The translations under genes were made by a program, and so were the position numbers. Of a stretch of 64,000 nucleotides of DNA, positions 38,781 to 52,818 are shown one piece after another. Each line of letters opens with the position of its first letter. Within the stretch, counting starts at the first letter, position 1. The notes below the pieces were generated by a model, which saw only the letters and a list, made by a program, of their open reading frames with translations, ran no database searches and had not been told where the DNA came from. Location: assembly GCF_036321535.1 (NCBI RefSeq), contig NC_087437.1, positions 87,546,001 through 87,610,000 on the forward strand, written 5' to 3'. The DNA is from Camelus dromedarius (lineage: Eukaryota).

Positions 38781-39678
38781 GATCAATAAACCAAACAGTA
38801 TCTATATGATACAGGATAAGGATTTCAGGAAGAAATATTTTTAGCAATAGAAATCATTACTTTGGCCTTAAATATAATTCCTCTCCTTTCTTTTTGGTCT
38901 CCATAGATAAAAGAATTTGACCTTTTAAGTTATTACATGGTGTACTTAACAGCAGCTGTAGAAAAGCAGCTTTCCAAATTTACTGATTTTGAGAGTGAGG
39001 CTCTTTTTAGTCGCTTTGGGGCCTCCTGATGTTTCAGGCTTACTTCTGGTGACTAGTACTTACATTCAGAAAGAGGCACAGGCTGAGAGCAATGCAACAG
39101 CAGATACTGAGTTCAAGTATTCTCCACACGGTGCCTGGTACAGAGTTCTTGACGAAAAAATGCTCCTTTGCAATCAATGGATGGATGGATGGTGACTCAA
39201 AAACATCATTCTCGTGTATAGTAGTCTAGATTATGAGAAGCATGATGTTTGTTCACTCCTCTGGGCATTTTGAGTTTCATTCATTCATAATTTGACTAAT
39301 GAGAGCTAACAATGATGTTCAGTATTTTTAATGCAGATAAAACAGTTCTATTAAGTTGTAATCTACAGCTACATTCAAACCTGAACAAATGTCATGATGC
39401 TGAAAAGATGTTCCCAACTGAAGATTCAGTGGCATTTGCATAATCCACCAAATTTGACGTTTCTTTCAGAATTTAGTGTTAAGATAAACTTTGTTTACCC
39501 AGAACTCATTCCTTCTCTTGATAAAAGAAATCAGAAGTAATCTAATATAACACAGCTGATATTCTCTCAGCTGGCAGGAAGCTCAGACAAAAGTTTTATA
39601 GTGAATCATAGTAATAATTTAAAAATTAGAATCTTGTTTTGCTTCCTTCTAGCCCTTATTTTCTTTCTATTCCTCTGT

Positions 39679-39985
39679 CAGTGTTCTTAAACTGGTTTTT
39701 AGAACATATTGTTGTCTACAGGAAAAATGGTCACTAGCTGTTCTGAAAGGGAGAAAAGAATGTTAATTTAGGACACGCTGACTAAACAAATTTCAAAATA
39801 CTATTGGGCTGCAGAGTATCTCCCAATTCTAATGAGCTCATGTATATTTTAAATTTCTAAGAGAAAGAATTACTTTGGATTAATTTTCAAACTTATTTAA
39901 TTGAAAAACCTCTTTTCAAGAATACAAATGAATACACATGAATACATGCATGCGAGATACAAGAAGACACACTAGAAATGTCTAG
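39679..39985. mobile_element. hAT-Charlie MITE-like (MER112/113-type) remnant
   Basis: Starts cagtgttcttaaact; internal ttttcaaacttatttaa..gaaaaacctcttttc. Confidence 0.35.
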
Positions 39986-40099
39986 TTAAACCCTATTGAC
40001 CTTTTATACACAGCAACTAATATCAGGTTAATGAATATTCATTCATATTGCTGCTCTGCATTTCCATATGTATATTCAAATGGTCTTGTCTTATATCAG

Positions 40100-41560
40100 T
40101 TATTTTATCATAATGGGTGTCATACTGTGTGGATGATTTAATGATTGATTTCTTTCACAATTAATAGTATGTTAAGCAATATATTTATGTCACTACTTGT
40201 GAATCAATTTTATTTTGTATAGTTATCTGTTATTATACAGGGTACATGTATCTCAATTAATTTAGCAACCTATGAATTTGTGAATATTTGTGATTATATT
40301 TCATTTTTCTCCTTTGTAAAGAAACTGTAATAAATATAGTTGTCTGATGCCCCTGTTAAGGAGAGATACCTACAAGAGTTGAATGGTTCATTACTTAGCT
40401 TTTGCTGTGGTTAAAGAAAAAAATTCTTTAAAACATATATTTTAAATATTTTATTGCAATGAAAGTCCACTCTTCCAAAATCTGCATTAATAGCCATTCC
40501 AATTATCAATGCGTGAAATAAGTAATTTCTTCACATTCCCTTGAGTCCTATATATTATCCACCATTTTCCTTAACTTCTTCCATTCGTATAGAGAAATAA
40601 TTATATATCTTTGAGTTAATGTTTATTATTAATTTGTTTCAGAGAAATCCCAGATTCAAAGAGTTGAGATAATCCAGCTCCTCGGTCCATGGTACATGAT
40701 AGAACCATGTAAGGTCCTTTTCTTCTTTCACTTTATTTCGCTATTATCTTTCCATTTCCTCCACCATCATTGTCACTTTGCTTTAGCTACAGCCCTACTG
40801 CCCCCCTAAAATGTATTTTAGTAGGTACCTTTATATTTGTAAGTACCAATGAAAAACACATGTTGTTGCTTTTACATGTAAGTGCTTTAATTTATGTTAA
40901 AATAGTATACTACAGAACACATCTGTTTCCTAAGTTTTTGTGATGCATGAAGCTGTAAGAGCATTGCTGCTGCATGGAGACCTAGTCGACCTAGAGAGTT
41001 CTAACCGCTGCACAGTGTGCACAGCTAAGCGGCCACCACGTTTTCCTTACCCATTAGCCACCCAGGCTGCCTCCAGTGCTCTACGTTCACAAAGACACCG
41101 TGGTGAACAGCCTTGTGCATGTCTCCTCTTGGACCTGTAAACATGCTTCTCAGGGACAGATCCACAGGCACAGAATTGCCATGTCACAGTATACACACAT
41201 AATTAATCTTGTTAAGTGCTGCCAAATTGCTCTCCAGAAAGCCATAGTACTTTATTCTCAAAGATTCTCATTTTCCCACATCCTTGTTAATACTACTTTA
41301 TCTGACATTTTAATTTTTTTTCTTATCTGGGTAGGTGGAAGATATAGCTCATTGTTTCACTCTGACTTTCTGTGATTATCAGGGAATGTGAGCATTTCTT
41401 TATTCTTTAGTTAGCCATTCGGATTTCTCCTGTAGAAGGAACTATCTAAACCCTTCATAATTTTTTAAATTAGGATTTACAAAATGCTCCCTGATTGCTA
41501 GGCAGCAATTTCTTATGTAGCCTGTAGAATATTCCTTTGTCAGTCTTAAATATTTTTAAT
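40100..41560 (-). mobile_element. Old L1 (L1ME-like) fragments
   Basis: gccaaattgctctccagaaag...ttttcccacatccttg...ctgtgattatcagggaatgtgagcatt is antisense L1. Confidence 0.55.
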
Positions 41561-41565
41561 GTATT

Positions 41566-42168
41566 TTCTTTTTTTTCTTTTCTTTTTTTTTTTATTGAAG
41601 TAGAGTCAGTTTACAATGTTGTATCAATTTCTGGTGTACAGCACAATGCTTCAGTCATATAGGAACATACATATATTCGTTTTCATATTCTTTTTCACCA
41701 TAGGTTACTATAAGATATTGAATATAGTTCCCTGTGTTATAGAGTATAAACTTGTTGTTTATCTATTTTATGTATATTAGTTAGTACCTGCAAATCTAGA
41801 ACTCCCAATTTATCCCTTCCCATCCCCTTCCCCACTGGTAACCAGAAGTTTGCTTTCTATGTCTGTGAGTCTGTTTCTGTTCTGTAAATAAGTTCATTTG
41901 TCCCTCTCTTTTCTTCTAAGATTCCACATATAAGTGATATTATATGGTATTTTTTTTTTCTCTTTCTGGCTTAGAGTGACGATCTCCAGGTCCATCAATG
42001 TTGCTGCAAGTGGCATTATTTTATTCTTTTTTATGGCTGAGTAGTATTCCATTGTATAAATATACCACAGCTTCTTTATCCAGTCATCTGTCGATGGACT
42101 TGTAGGTTGTTTCCATGTCTTGGCTATTGTAAATAGTGCTGCTATGAACACTCGGGTGTGTGTATCTG
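41566..42168 (-). mobile_element. Relatively young 5'-truncated L1, same family as 34725-35849
   Basis: Poly-T head; ORF 41894..42172 encodes FIAALFTIAKTWKQPTSPSTDDWIKKLWYIYTMEYYSAIKKNKI. Confidence 0.96.
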
Positions 42169-42169
42169 T

Positions 42170-42650
42170 CATTTGTTAGGGTTTTTTTTTGTATTCCTCA
42201 ATGAACCTTGAATGTTAATTTTAACTTTGTCAAATGCATGACTTTTTAAAGTTCTATATTCTATATTTGGGTGTTTGTTTACGCACCTTTCCTCTACTCC
42301 CTTGAGTAAGTGACAAAAATACTCTACTGCGTGTCTTTTTTTTTTTTTTTTGTATTATTCAGTAGAGACTATTTCACATTTACATTTTTAATTATCTTTA
42401 TTTAGATAAGATATAAGGAGCCAGGTTCTTTTTTTTTTTTTTTCATTGAGTAAGCTGGTTTCCCCATTTCATGCACTGAGTAATTCATTTTTATCCATAG
42501 CTTTATGGTGTTTATCTACGAACTTCACATACTCACATGAATCCATTTCTGAGCTCACTCTTCTCTTCCACAGTTAATTTTTTTTGTTGTTCCTTCGCCA
42601 GTACTTCAGATTATTCTGCATTTTCTGTGTTCTTGCTATCAGTGTAAGTC
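42170..42650 (-). mobile_element. Old L1 continuation
   Basis: T-rich; ttcacatttacattttta...catttctgagctcactcttctcttcca continue antisense L1. Confidence 0.5.
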
Positions 42651-43074
42651 AGTGGATAAATATTGGATAAACATTACACAGATGTTTTATTGGATACTAA
42701 AACTCAGGGAAAAAGTCTGCTTAGCATATGGCCAGTTTCACTAACAAAAATTGATTTAACAATGTTAAAAATTCATCACGATATAAAACAACAGAACACT
42801 TCACGACCAAGCTGTGTTTATGTTAGAAATGCAAGGTTGATTTCACATAAAACATACTACTGTAATCCACTAGATGACTAGTTTAAGTAGAAACAGAAGG
42901 CATAATCTCAAGAATGGAAGACATGGTACATATGATTTCCTTTGTATCATAAGCACAAGAGGGAGCCCCCTCCCTAACTGGGTACTCTGCTTCGGTCTGT
43001 TTTGTTCCTATATTCTCTCTCCAACTGCCTAACATTGAAGAATCCTGGGGTTCAGTCTCTGGAATACTTTTCTA

Positions 43075-46000
43075 AACTAGGTTCTAGCCCTTTGTTGGAT
43101 ATGTGGTTTGCAAATATTTTCTCCCAGTTGGTAGCTTGTCTTCTGATCCTTTTCACGTGAGATTTCACAGAGCAAAAACTTTCAGTTTTGAAAAGGTCCA
43201 ATATGTCAGTTCTCCCTGCTGATGAATCATGCTTGTGGTGTCATATCTAAGGACTTTTTGCCTAGCCCTGGATTCTAAAGATTTTCTCCCACTTTTTTTT
43301 AAACCTTCTATAGTTTTAATTTTACATTTAAGACTATGATCTATTTTTAGTTAATTTTTGTATAAAGTGTGAGGTTTAGGTCAAAGGTTGTTTTTTGTTG
43401 TGGTGGTGTTTTGTTTCGTTTTGTTTTTGCCTCCGGGTGTACAATTAATTCAATATCATTTATTGAAAAGGTTATACTTCCCTCATGGAATTGTTTTTGC
43501 ACCTTTATAAAAAATCAGGTGAAGATATTTTTGTGCATCTATTTCTGAACTGTTTTCTCTGTTTCATTGATCTCTGTGACTGTCCCTCCACCAATATCAC
43601 ACTACCTTGACTAGGTAGCTATAGAGTAAGCCTTAATATTAAAAAGTAGAATATTTTCTCCTACCATATTCTTACTAAATATTGTTTTATCTCTTCCAGG
43701 ATATGTGCTTTTCTATATAAGTTTTAGAAAAAGCATGATAAGATTGCCTTGTTCCTGGTAATAGGGAAAAACTTCCAGTCTTTAGTTGTTAAGTATAATG
43801 TTCACAGTAGATTTTTTGTAGATGTCCTTTATCAAGTTGAGGTAATTCTTCTCTATACCTAGCTGAGAGTTGTTGTTGGGTTTTTGTATTCATAAATGAG
43901 TGTTGGATTTTGTCTCATATTTCTGTATTGATTTATATTGTCATATGCTATTTTTTTCCTAAGATTGTGGATATGACGGTGTACATTGATTGATTTTTTT
44001 GAATGTTGATTCAGCGTTGCATCCTTGGAAGAAATCCCATTTAGTTTGGCATATAATTATTTTTACACATCACTGTATTCAGTTTGCTAGTATTCTGTTC
44101 AGAATTTTTGTGTCTAAGTTTGTCAAATATAGTTCTATACTTTTCTCTTTTTGTACTATGTCTTTTCTGGTTTTGATATCAGGATAATAATGGACTTTTA
44201 AAGTGAACTTAGAAGCATTCCCTCTTATTCTACTTTATGGAAAAGATTTGTGTAAAATTGGCGATAATTCTTTAAATATTTCGTAGAATTTTCCAGTAAA
44301 ACCATCTTGGCCTAAAGACTTTTCTCAAAATATTTTTTTAATTACAAATTCAAGTTATTTAATTGGTTATAGGGCTATTCAGATTATTAGTTTCATCTTG
44401 GTTGAGTTTGATAGTTTTTGGTCTTTTAGAAATTTGCCAAATGTATGAGTATAAAGTTGTTTGTAATATTTCTTATTTTATTTTTAATGGACCTAACATC
44501 TGTAGTGTTATCCTTATTGCATTCCTGGTATTGGTGACTTTGTCTTCCATCTTTCCATTTTTATCAGCCTCATTAAAGTTTTATCAATTTTATTATTTAT
44601 TTTTGAAGAAACTACTTTTTGTTTCTTTGATATTTTCTATTGTTTCCTCTTTCTAATATCTTCAATTTCTACTCATATCTATTATTTCCTCCCTCCTACT
44701 TTCTTTGGATTTTTCTCTTCTTTTTCTACTTCTTTGTGATGGGATTTAGGTCACTTATTTAAGAACTTTTCCTGTTTTTAACATAAATATTTAACGCTAT
44801 AAATTACCCTCTCAGCACTGTTTTGGCTGCATTCCATGTATTTTGATAGGTTATGTTTTCATTTTCATTTCATTTCAATTTGCTGTGCCTAATTATTTTA
44901 ATCCTTTGAGACCTCCAATGGATTATTTAGAAGTGTGGTATTTTTCATGCATTCAAAGATTTTTCTGTTGTTTTTCTGATATTGATTTCTAATTTGACTT
45001 CATTTCTGTTAGAAATACAGTGTATATCATTTTAATCTTTTAAAGTTGTTGAGCTTTGTTTTATGTGATTTTTTCAGCCATTATTCCTTTAAATACTGTT
45101 TCAACACAACTTTCTTTCTTTTCTTCATCTGAGACTCTCATGATACAAATGCTGTATCTTTTATTATTGTCTCAAAGGGCCCTGAGACCCTGCTTACTTT
45201 TTTTTTTTTTAATGTTTTCTTTGTTGTAAATAACAGAGGAATTCTGTTGATCCGTCTTCAAGTTCAGAGTCTATCCTCTGTCGTTTCACTTGACTATTGA
45301 GCTTATCCAGTGAATTTTTTATTTCTGTTATTGTATATTTCAGTTTTATAATTTCCATTTGGTTCTTTATTTTAACTTCTGTTTATTTACTGAGATATTT
45401 CTATTTTTCCGTTTGTTTGAAGAGAATTTGCAATTGATTATTGAAGCATTTTTATAAAGCCTGCTTTAAAATCTTTGTAGGATATTTTCAATATCAGATC
45501 CCTCTCAATTTTGACTTCAGTTGATTTTTTTTTTCCTTTCAAGTTGTGATTTTCTTGACACTTGGTCTGATCGGTGATTTGTCTATTGTATCCTGGACAT
45601 TTAGTTTGTTATGTTAGGAGACTCTGGTTCCTATTTAAATGTTTTATTGTAGGAGGCAGACACCTTGTTTAGGGTTAGTGTTTTGATCTTGGCCTACTTT
45701 TGTGGGTCTTAGTACCCAAAGCAGCTTAGCTTTCAGCACTTTTGCAGTGTTATTTCAGTTTGCTTAGTTTATCTAGTGCCACCAGGGGCTCCCATGGTCC
45801 CTGCTGCTGCTGCTTGAGTGGCAGAAGGGTTCCCCAAGGTGGGATGCCAGGCGTCCCTCGGTGATGAAGGGATGTGGTGAAACCCCCCTACCAGTGCTGT
45901 CCAGGCTGCCTCAGTGTCTCTTGAGATTTCCAAATCAGCAGAGACAGTGAAGCTCTCTGGACTGGTCAGTTTACTGTGACTGACTTCTTTTCACTGGTTC

Positions 46001-46712
46001 CGTCAGGCATAGACCAGATGTCTTTTACTGAACAAAGAGGTTTCTTGAACTGGGTCAGTTTCAGGGACTGGGTCAGTTTCAGTTGCTTTGCCTGCGCACT
46101 TCACTATCTCCAGGCGGTAAAGAAGCATCTCAGCCCTGAGGAGACAGCCAGGCTTTCTGCATCAGGCCACAAAATGTGATTTTGCTCCTTTTCCTGTCCT
46201 ACATACCTGCTCTGCCATCTCTGAGCAAAGGAGGAGAGTATCAGACCCATGGGAACAAAGAGGCTTCGCAGACCAGAATGCATGCTGCAGCTGGGTCCCT
46301 CTTATGGGGTTAGCCTGTCACCGTAGTATCTTTTCATGAAAAAGGGAAGTGTTCTCTGGCTTGGCAGAAAAGGAAAGTGTTTTCCTAATGGGTTCTCCTT
46401 GCCAACAAAGTCAGACTCACCTGACATTACTAGACAGGAGTGAGTCTACTTGGCCAGCCTTCTTTTGCAAGGTCAGGGATCAGGAAATGCAGAGTCAGGC
46501 TCACCTTATTTCATTAGGTGGGAGGAAGCAAGACATTAGGCTGCTGTGTTGTGCCTCCAGTCTTGGTGTCCCAAACCAGCTCACTTTCTTCTTACAAACT
46601 GTTGTCAGAGTTTTTATTTGGTTGTCTTTTGCCCCATTTGCTAGTTTTATAGTTGTGTCTGAGGGAGAAGCAGGAAAAAAGTCTACACCATCTTGTCAGG
46701 ATCAGAAATTCT
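43075..46712 (-). mobile_element. L1M element with deletions (ORF2 fragments, ORF1 region, 5' UTR)
   Basis: ctttgttggatatgtggtttgcaaatattttctcccag; gatgtcctttatcaagttgagg; gctataaattaccctctcagcactg; GC-rich 5'-UTR-like block at about 45600-46710. Confidence 0.85.
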
Positions 46713-46714
46713 GA

Positions 46715-47240
46715 ATCAGGTGATTCTTTTCAATCCTGATATTGGTTATGTTACTCATCTGCTCAAAACTTTCCAGTGTTTTTTTCATATCCTTCAGAGA
46801 AAAGGTTGTATATTATTATTATTATCTGGTTTCTACTTCAATTCATCTTTTCCACCTCCATCTGATTCACTACACTCCTGCCACATCACCTCCCTGCTAT
46901 TCTTTAAACACTTCAAACATGATCACAGGTCAGAGCCTCTAGTTGCCTCTAGCTGAAATCCTCTTTTCTCACCCTGCATGTGACCACCTCACTCATTTAT
47001 TTTCTTCAGTTTTCTGGGCCGATGTCATTCTACCAAAGGACCTCTCCTATCTTTAATTTTTCTCCATAACACTTATTGCCACTTGACCTCTTATCATATA
47101 TTCATTCATTTGCTTATTTTCTACCTGTCTCTTAGCTCTATGGGTCAGAGATTATTTTGTTCACTGTTTTATATCCAGCTCTTCAACTAGTGCCTGACAG
47201 TAGGTACACACAGTAACAGTTATTAAATTTATGACTTGAT
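46715..47240 (+). mobile_element. L2 fragment; an upstream piece at about 42960-43075 suggests it was split by the L1M
   Basis: gttactcatctgctcaaaactttccagtg...ttttgttcactgttttatatccag...ctagtgcctgacagtagg. Confidence 0.75.
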
Positions 47241-47399
47241 TTATTAAAAGGCCAAACTGTACTTACTTCTCTTCAAATTTCTTAACTTCTCAACTACCTC
47301 TCATCGCATTCCTTGCTCTGCTTATTCCACCTTCTTGGTGCTATTCTGTTTGAAATTTAATTGTTATAAAAAAGAAAAAGATTTAAAGGTATATATTTC

Positions 47400-48420
47400 T
47401 GGAGGAGCATGCGGGTATATAGATATAGATACAATTTTTAAAGTAACTTACTCATTCTTACTTTCCTTTGTCTTAGCATTTTTCTGATTTTTTTTCTTAT
47501 ATGCTTCCTGTAATAATGATGTCCAAGATGATATTTACATGGTGAAACTTCTGAGACCTTGCAAGACTGAGAATTTTACTTATGTTACCTTCACATTTAT
47601 GTGAAGAATATAAATATTGAGGTGTTGGGGGTTTTGTCCCTCTCACAGTTTTAAAAATATTACTCCATTATCTTCCTGCATGAAGTTTCAGCATTGAGAA
47701 GTCCTATGGCTCTGCTTCTGTTGTTAATTTTCCTAAATGTATTACATTGTTATCAGGGAATATATCCTATGAAATTATGGGCATTTTCTAATTTATTGAT
47801 TTTCCCTTTTGACTAAAGTTGCTGTACAAGATTTCAAATGTTTTTAAAAATGAAGTGTATTTACTAGCTGATTGGCTATAAAGCTCACACATCTCACGTG
47901 TGATATTTAAATCTGCTGTGTTTTGTCTGGTTGATTATAGATTTCATTTTTCAAAAAGGTGCTTAACTCTCAACCTGTGATTATGAGATGTCTCATTATT
48001 ATTGGGTCTTTCTGTATATATCTAAATTTATTACGGTAAACCCATACAGATTAATGAATGATAGGTGCTTTTATGGATTTTTATTCTTATCCTATTAAGG
48101 CCTTCGGGGCTGAAATATCTAACAAAATTGCTATACCTACATAGTCTATTAGAATCTCCCACCTTCCCATATCATTTTAACTGTTTATTTTCAGCCTTAC
48201 CTTATCATTTTGTTTTAGGCAGGGCTATCAATATATAGTAAGATTTTTTTTCTAATCAAAAAATGTGTTTTTAAATAGGGAAATTTATACCATTAATGTG
48301 AATTGAAAATTTTATGTTTGCATTTGTTTCTACCTCTTTGCTTCAAGAATGCATTATCTTCTTTTATCTCTTTGCATACGTGTATTATATTTCTTTCAAA
48401 AGATTTCTCTTTCTTTGTGT
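47400..48420 (-). mobile_element. Old L1/HAL1-like fragments
   Basis: ttaaaaatattactccattatcttcctgca...gcattgagaagtc; ttttgttttaggcagggctatc. Confidence 0.45.
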
Positions 48421-51400
48421 TGTAGTAGCTGAATGCTTGGATGTTTAATATTCTGATTCTTCTATTTTATACCTGTCATTCATTGTGTTAGTTTTCTTCA
48501 AATGTTTGCGGTGATGTTCGTGTTTACTATAACTTCCTCTCATAATTTTGGGGGTTGGGGAAGGTGGGCCTGAGAGCAGTTTGTTACTGCATTATGTTCT
48601 AGATATTGGAGGAGTTCATTCCTCCTACAGATCACCACCGTACAGGACTGAAGGGCTCTGCCTCCTCCATCCTGTCTTCTTACTCAAAGCTTCAGTCTGA
48701 AAACAATGCCTAGTGCTGGGTACAAAAGGGTTTAAGAGAAGAAAGTCAGGGAAAAAGAACTCTCAGGGTGACTATTCTAAATTTAATTTCTGAAACAATC
48801 CCCTGCACCATTGCTTCTTCCCAGTAAGCACTCACAATGTCACTCCCACCTTTCCCCCAAATTTTCTTTATTATGCATTCAAGACTGTCTTTTCCTACTT
48901 TAATTTTATCACATCAGTTTTCAGGGTTTTTTTAAACATTTCGCAAAATCTCCGGTTCTTTGATTCATCTCTTTATAATTTCGCAATATCTTTAAACATT
49001 TACAAATCTGTTTCTATTATAAAACAAACAAGAGAATACTTTCAGAAGAAGAGGCCAGCACCTGTCTATTGTTTTTTGTTTGATCCAATCTTAGACGCTG
49101 ACTTGTGTAAGCATAGATTACTTACATGTGGTAGCCCAATGCTTCTACTTAGAAAGCCAAAAGATTGCAGAGGCAAGAAACCAAAGAGATTATCTGTGTG
49201 TCTGATGTGTCCCGACAAGAGCTGGCTGTGCCTGGCTCTCACTCTTCTAGTGTGTGGACTAGAAGGCCTGTTTAATTACACTTTGGGTTTATAAATCTGT
49301 CATGGCAAGCAACGCTGAACATTCTACTGCTCATTCTGAGACTACCTTTGTAGAGAAATACATGTATTTTGGTTTACATTGAGAATTATTGAATGGTACA
49401 CCTAGAAGGAAATTTTGGTAATTATATAGTCTAACCTTTAATTTCCTAACAAGGAAAATGACTTTCAAATATGATATGTGGTTTATTTGTGTTCAAATGG
49501 ACAAGGCAAAGCCAAGGCGTCTTATCCTTCAGGTGGTTCCTTTTTCTATCACACCGGCCAGTCCCAAGTGGTCTGCACTTTTTCTTTTCATAAATAAAGG
49601 AACTGAAGACTTGTAGCTGATTGATGACATAATCCATGGATGTGTAAGTGTTTCTGCTTATTTCTCAAACTAAAAGTCCCAGATTAAGCTCTTTCCTCCT
49701 CTTTTCTTTCTTCCTTCCTTCCTTCTTTCTTCCTTTTTCTACAGAATTATTAAGTCAGTTGCCTATCCTATTTTGCATTTATTTACTTACTTATTTATTT
49801 ACCAAATATATATTGACTAGTGTCTTGATGGGAATTTAGGACTGAAATATGTAGAGAGGGATATGAAGATGAATATGACCTAGTCATTCCTCAGGTGCAC
49901 TCACATTCTTATTTTTATCTAGACTGACATTTCCCACATAGGAACTATAAATATATATAATACCATGTTATAATGTAAATATAGTTATTATTTTATAATG
50001 TGAATAATAGTCTTTCTCTCCCCTTGAAGAGGCACCTCTTTTTATTCTTCATCTCAGTTCAGTGTCAATAAAGGAACTAACAAGGTTTCAAGGAGATAAG
50101 AGCAAAATTCTCTCAGTTTTAAATGTTTGAAATGCTTTTTGCTTATTGCTTATGTTTGCAATTAAGGAAGATAAGAATATATAAGAATTAGTTTTATAGA
50201 CATTATGTAATTTAAAAAATAAAGACAACTGTTCAATGTCTACATAATTTGAAATGTAAAAAAGGAACTTGGATAAATGTCTTTTTCTGGCAAATAAAAG
50301 GCAAACCTGTGAAGAGCAAGTAAGATTAATACACAGAAAGAATGGCAGGAGGATAAAAATCTTTCTAAACCAAAGCAAAATTAGGATTTTTTTTTTCTTT
50401 TGGCCCCATAAATATTTCAACTCTCCTATGAGACTTCAAATGCACTGATACTTTAAACATTTTCTTAAAAAAAAATTGTAATAAAAATGTGTATGTAAAA
50501 ATATTGCCTGAAAATTCCTCCTTCATTTCGCTTGCTCCAGTCCTTTCCATTCCCTTGGCTCTCCCATCCTTTTCTCCTCAACACTGTCGATCTTTATTTA
50601 AAGCTCTGGTGACATTAGAACAATAAAGTGAGGTTTTGGGAACGTTATGCATGAAAATTGTTCCTAATGAAACCCTGGAATAGAATAGAACACGTAGGTA
50701 TAAATGGATGAATGTACTGGGAGCCGCAGCTCTGCCTACCCTTAGAGAACACAGTATTGTTAGACCATTATCTGAAAAGGGTTTAATTATATTCACATTA
50801 TATCCATCTGCCTTAAAACCCTTATCATGCCAGAACATGCTGAGAAATCTACTTTCTAAACATTCACCCTGCAGAATCCCTTGTGTAAATCTGCAACTTC
50901 CAATAGCTTTATGGAACCCAACAGTGCCTCTTGAGGTTTTTCTTTGATTTTTCTCTGCCCTGCCTACATTGAGTAAACAGAAAGACCATTAACTCTCAGT
51001 TATCTGGAAACCCATTTTACACTTTATGATTTTTTGCAGAAAGGCTTTTTAATCCCTAGTGACCTTGTGTCTGCCCCTGGGCTATTGCCTCATGGTTAGA
51101 TATGTTAACATTTGTACGATCTAAACATTTTTTTTGAAGGGAAAACCAGCTGCATTACAAATCATGATAAGCAATACAAAACACAATATATTCCAAAATA
51201 AAACAGCATCAGTTTTAGATTGTGTGTCCTTTCAGAGAGTGAATGTGTGGTTGATAACAGTAGAATTTATTTAACCAAAGGAAAATGGTTGAAGTTTTCT
51301 TTTTTTAACAAGGGGAATGATTAACTTTGATGCTTTTTACACAACATGACTAATTTTTTCAATTTCAAGTGCACATTAAGAATGAAATGAAAGTGCACTC

Positions 51401-51485
51401 CCCACCACAAAATCCTTTAAAAAATACACATTACTAAACACATGAATTAATATATCTTAAACATCTTTTTAAAGAAAGCTTTCTC

Positions 51486-51875
51486 TCCCTTGACTTGGAG
51501 GGTATTATGCCAAGTGAAATAAGTTAGACAGAGAAAGACAAATATTGTATGATATCACTTATATGTGGAATATAAAAAACACAAACATCTAGTGACTATA
51601 ACAAAAAAAGAAACAGACCCACAGATTCAGAGAACAAACTAGCAGTTATCAGTGGGGAGAGAAAGGTGGGGAGGGACAAGGTAGGGGTGTGGGGGTCTAA
51701 GAGCTACAAACAGCTATGTATAAAATAAACTACGAGGATATTTTGCACAGCACAGGAAATATAGCCAATATTTTATAATAACTATAAGTGGAATATAATT
51801 TAAAAAATTGTGAATCACTATGTTGTATACCTGAAACATGTAACATTGTACATCAATAATACCTCAATTAAAAGC
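51486..51875 (+). mobile_element. L1 3' end with target-site duplication
   Basis: gacttggagggtattatgccaagtgaaataag...tacctgaaacatgtaacattgtacatcaa; 11-bp direct repeat aaagctttctc at 51475-51485 and 51876-51886. Confidence 0.92.
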
Positions 51876-52318
51876 AAAGCTTTCTCCTAATGTCAAGGGC
51901 TTTTGATCTGTACCACATGCCTTTTTATGTATGAAATGTTTTTGGAGATTAAAAAAATTAATATTAAACCTTACAAGAATATCTATTAATTAACTATCAG
52001 ACAAACATATGTGTGATATAAGCCTATAGCAGCTCTTAATTTTCCGTATAGAAAAATGTTTGCAATCAATTTTCTTTTCTGTACTCAACAATTTTGTTCT
52101 CTATCTTATCTTCGCTTTACCTTTGTATTTACCTTATGTACGATATGCAATATGTATTATCTGGCTTTTCAATAGGTTATCAAGTTTCAAGTGGTAAGAA
52201 GTGTTAAAAAAATTTAGCCTTGGCTTATTTTCATCTACCTTTTAGTCTCTACTGTTCTGATTTCCTGATTCTTATGAGGCCACACAGGTGGTTGAGGGTT
52301 TATTTTATGTTAAACATT

Positions 52319-52818
52319 TGCTAGGTATCTTCTGCTTGTTCCTTGAAATCCATTCCCAGTCGTCCTCCACCCTCCTCTTTCCTCCTGGGAGGCTGACTGT
52401 ACAATCAACATCAATAGACTCCCTTCAACTCTGCTGGTTTCCTATTGATTCTGCCAATGGGAAATCCTACAGGTGATCGGAGCGTGAGAGAAGGATGAGG
52501 ACATGGAGTTTATTCCTCTAGTTGCATCTCTGCAGGGTTTCCCTGTGCTGGGGCTATCCCTCAACTAAAGGTCAATGCTTCTCTCGAGGAAGCCCTTTCT
52601 ATACTATTGTCTCCTACTAGGTTCCGGTAACTGGTACCTCTCTGCACCCATCCTCCCCTGCTTAGAAGTGGTAACAGATCTGCTGATACACCCACTCGTT
52701 TGGCATTACCCTTTGTGACTTCCCTGCATCCTGCCCACATCTTTGTAAATAATTTTTATAAGCTTTTCTTAAAAATAACATCTGCCATCTGTTTTCATCT
52801 GGGAGACTGACTTAGACA
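52319..52818 (+). mobile_element. LTR33-like ERVL solo LTR
   Basis: tatcttctgcttgttcc...ccaccctc...gggaggctgactgta...gccaatggga; ends tgccatctgtttt..ctgggagactgacttagaca. Confidence 0.7.
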
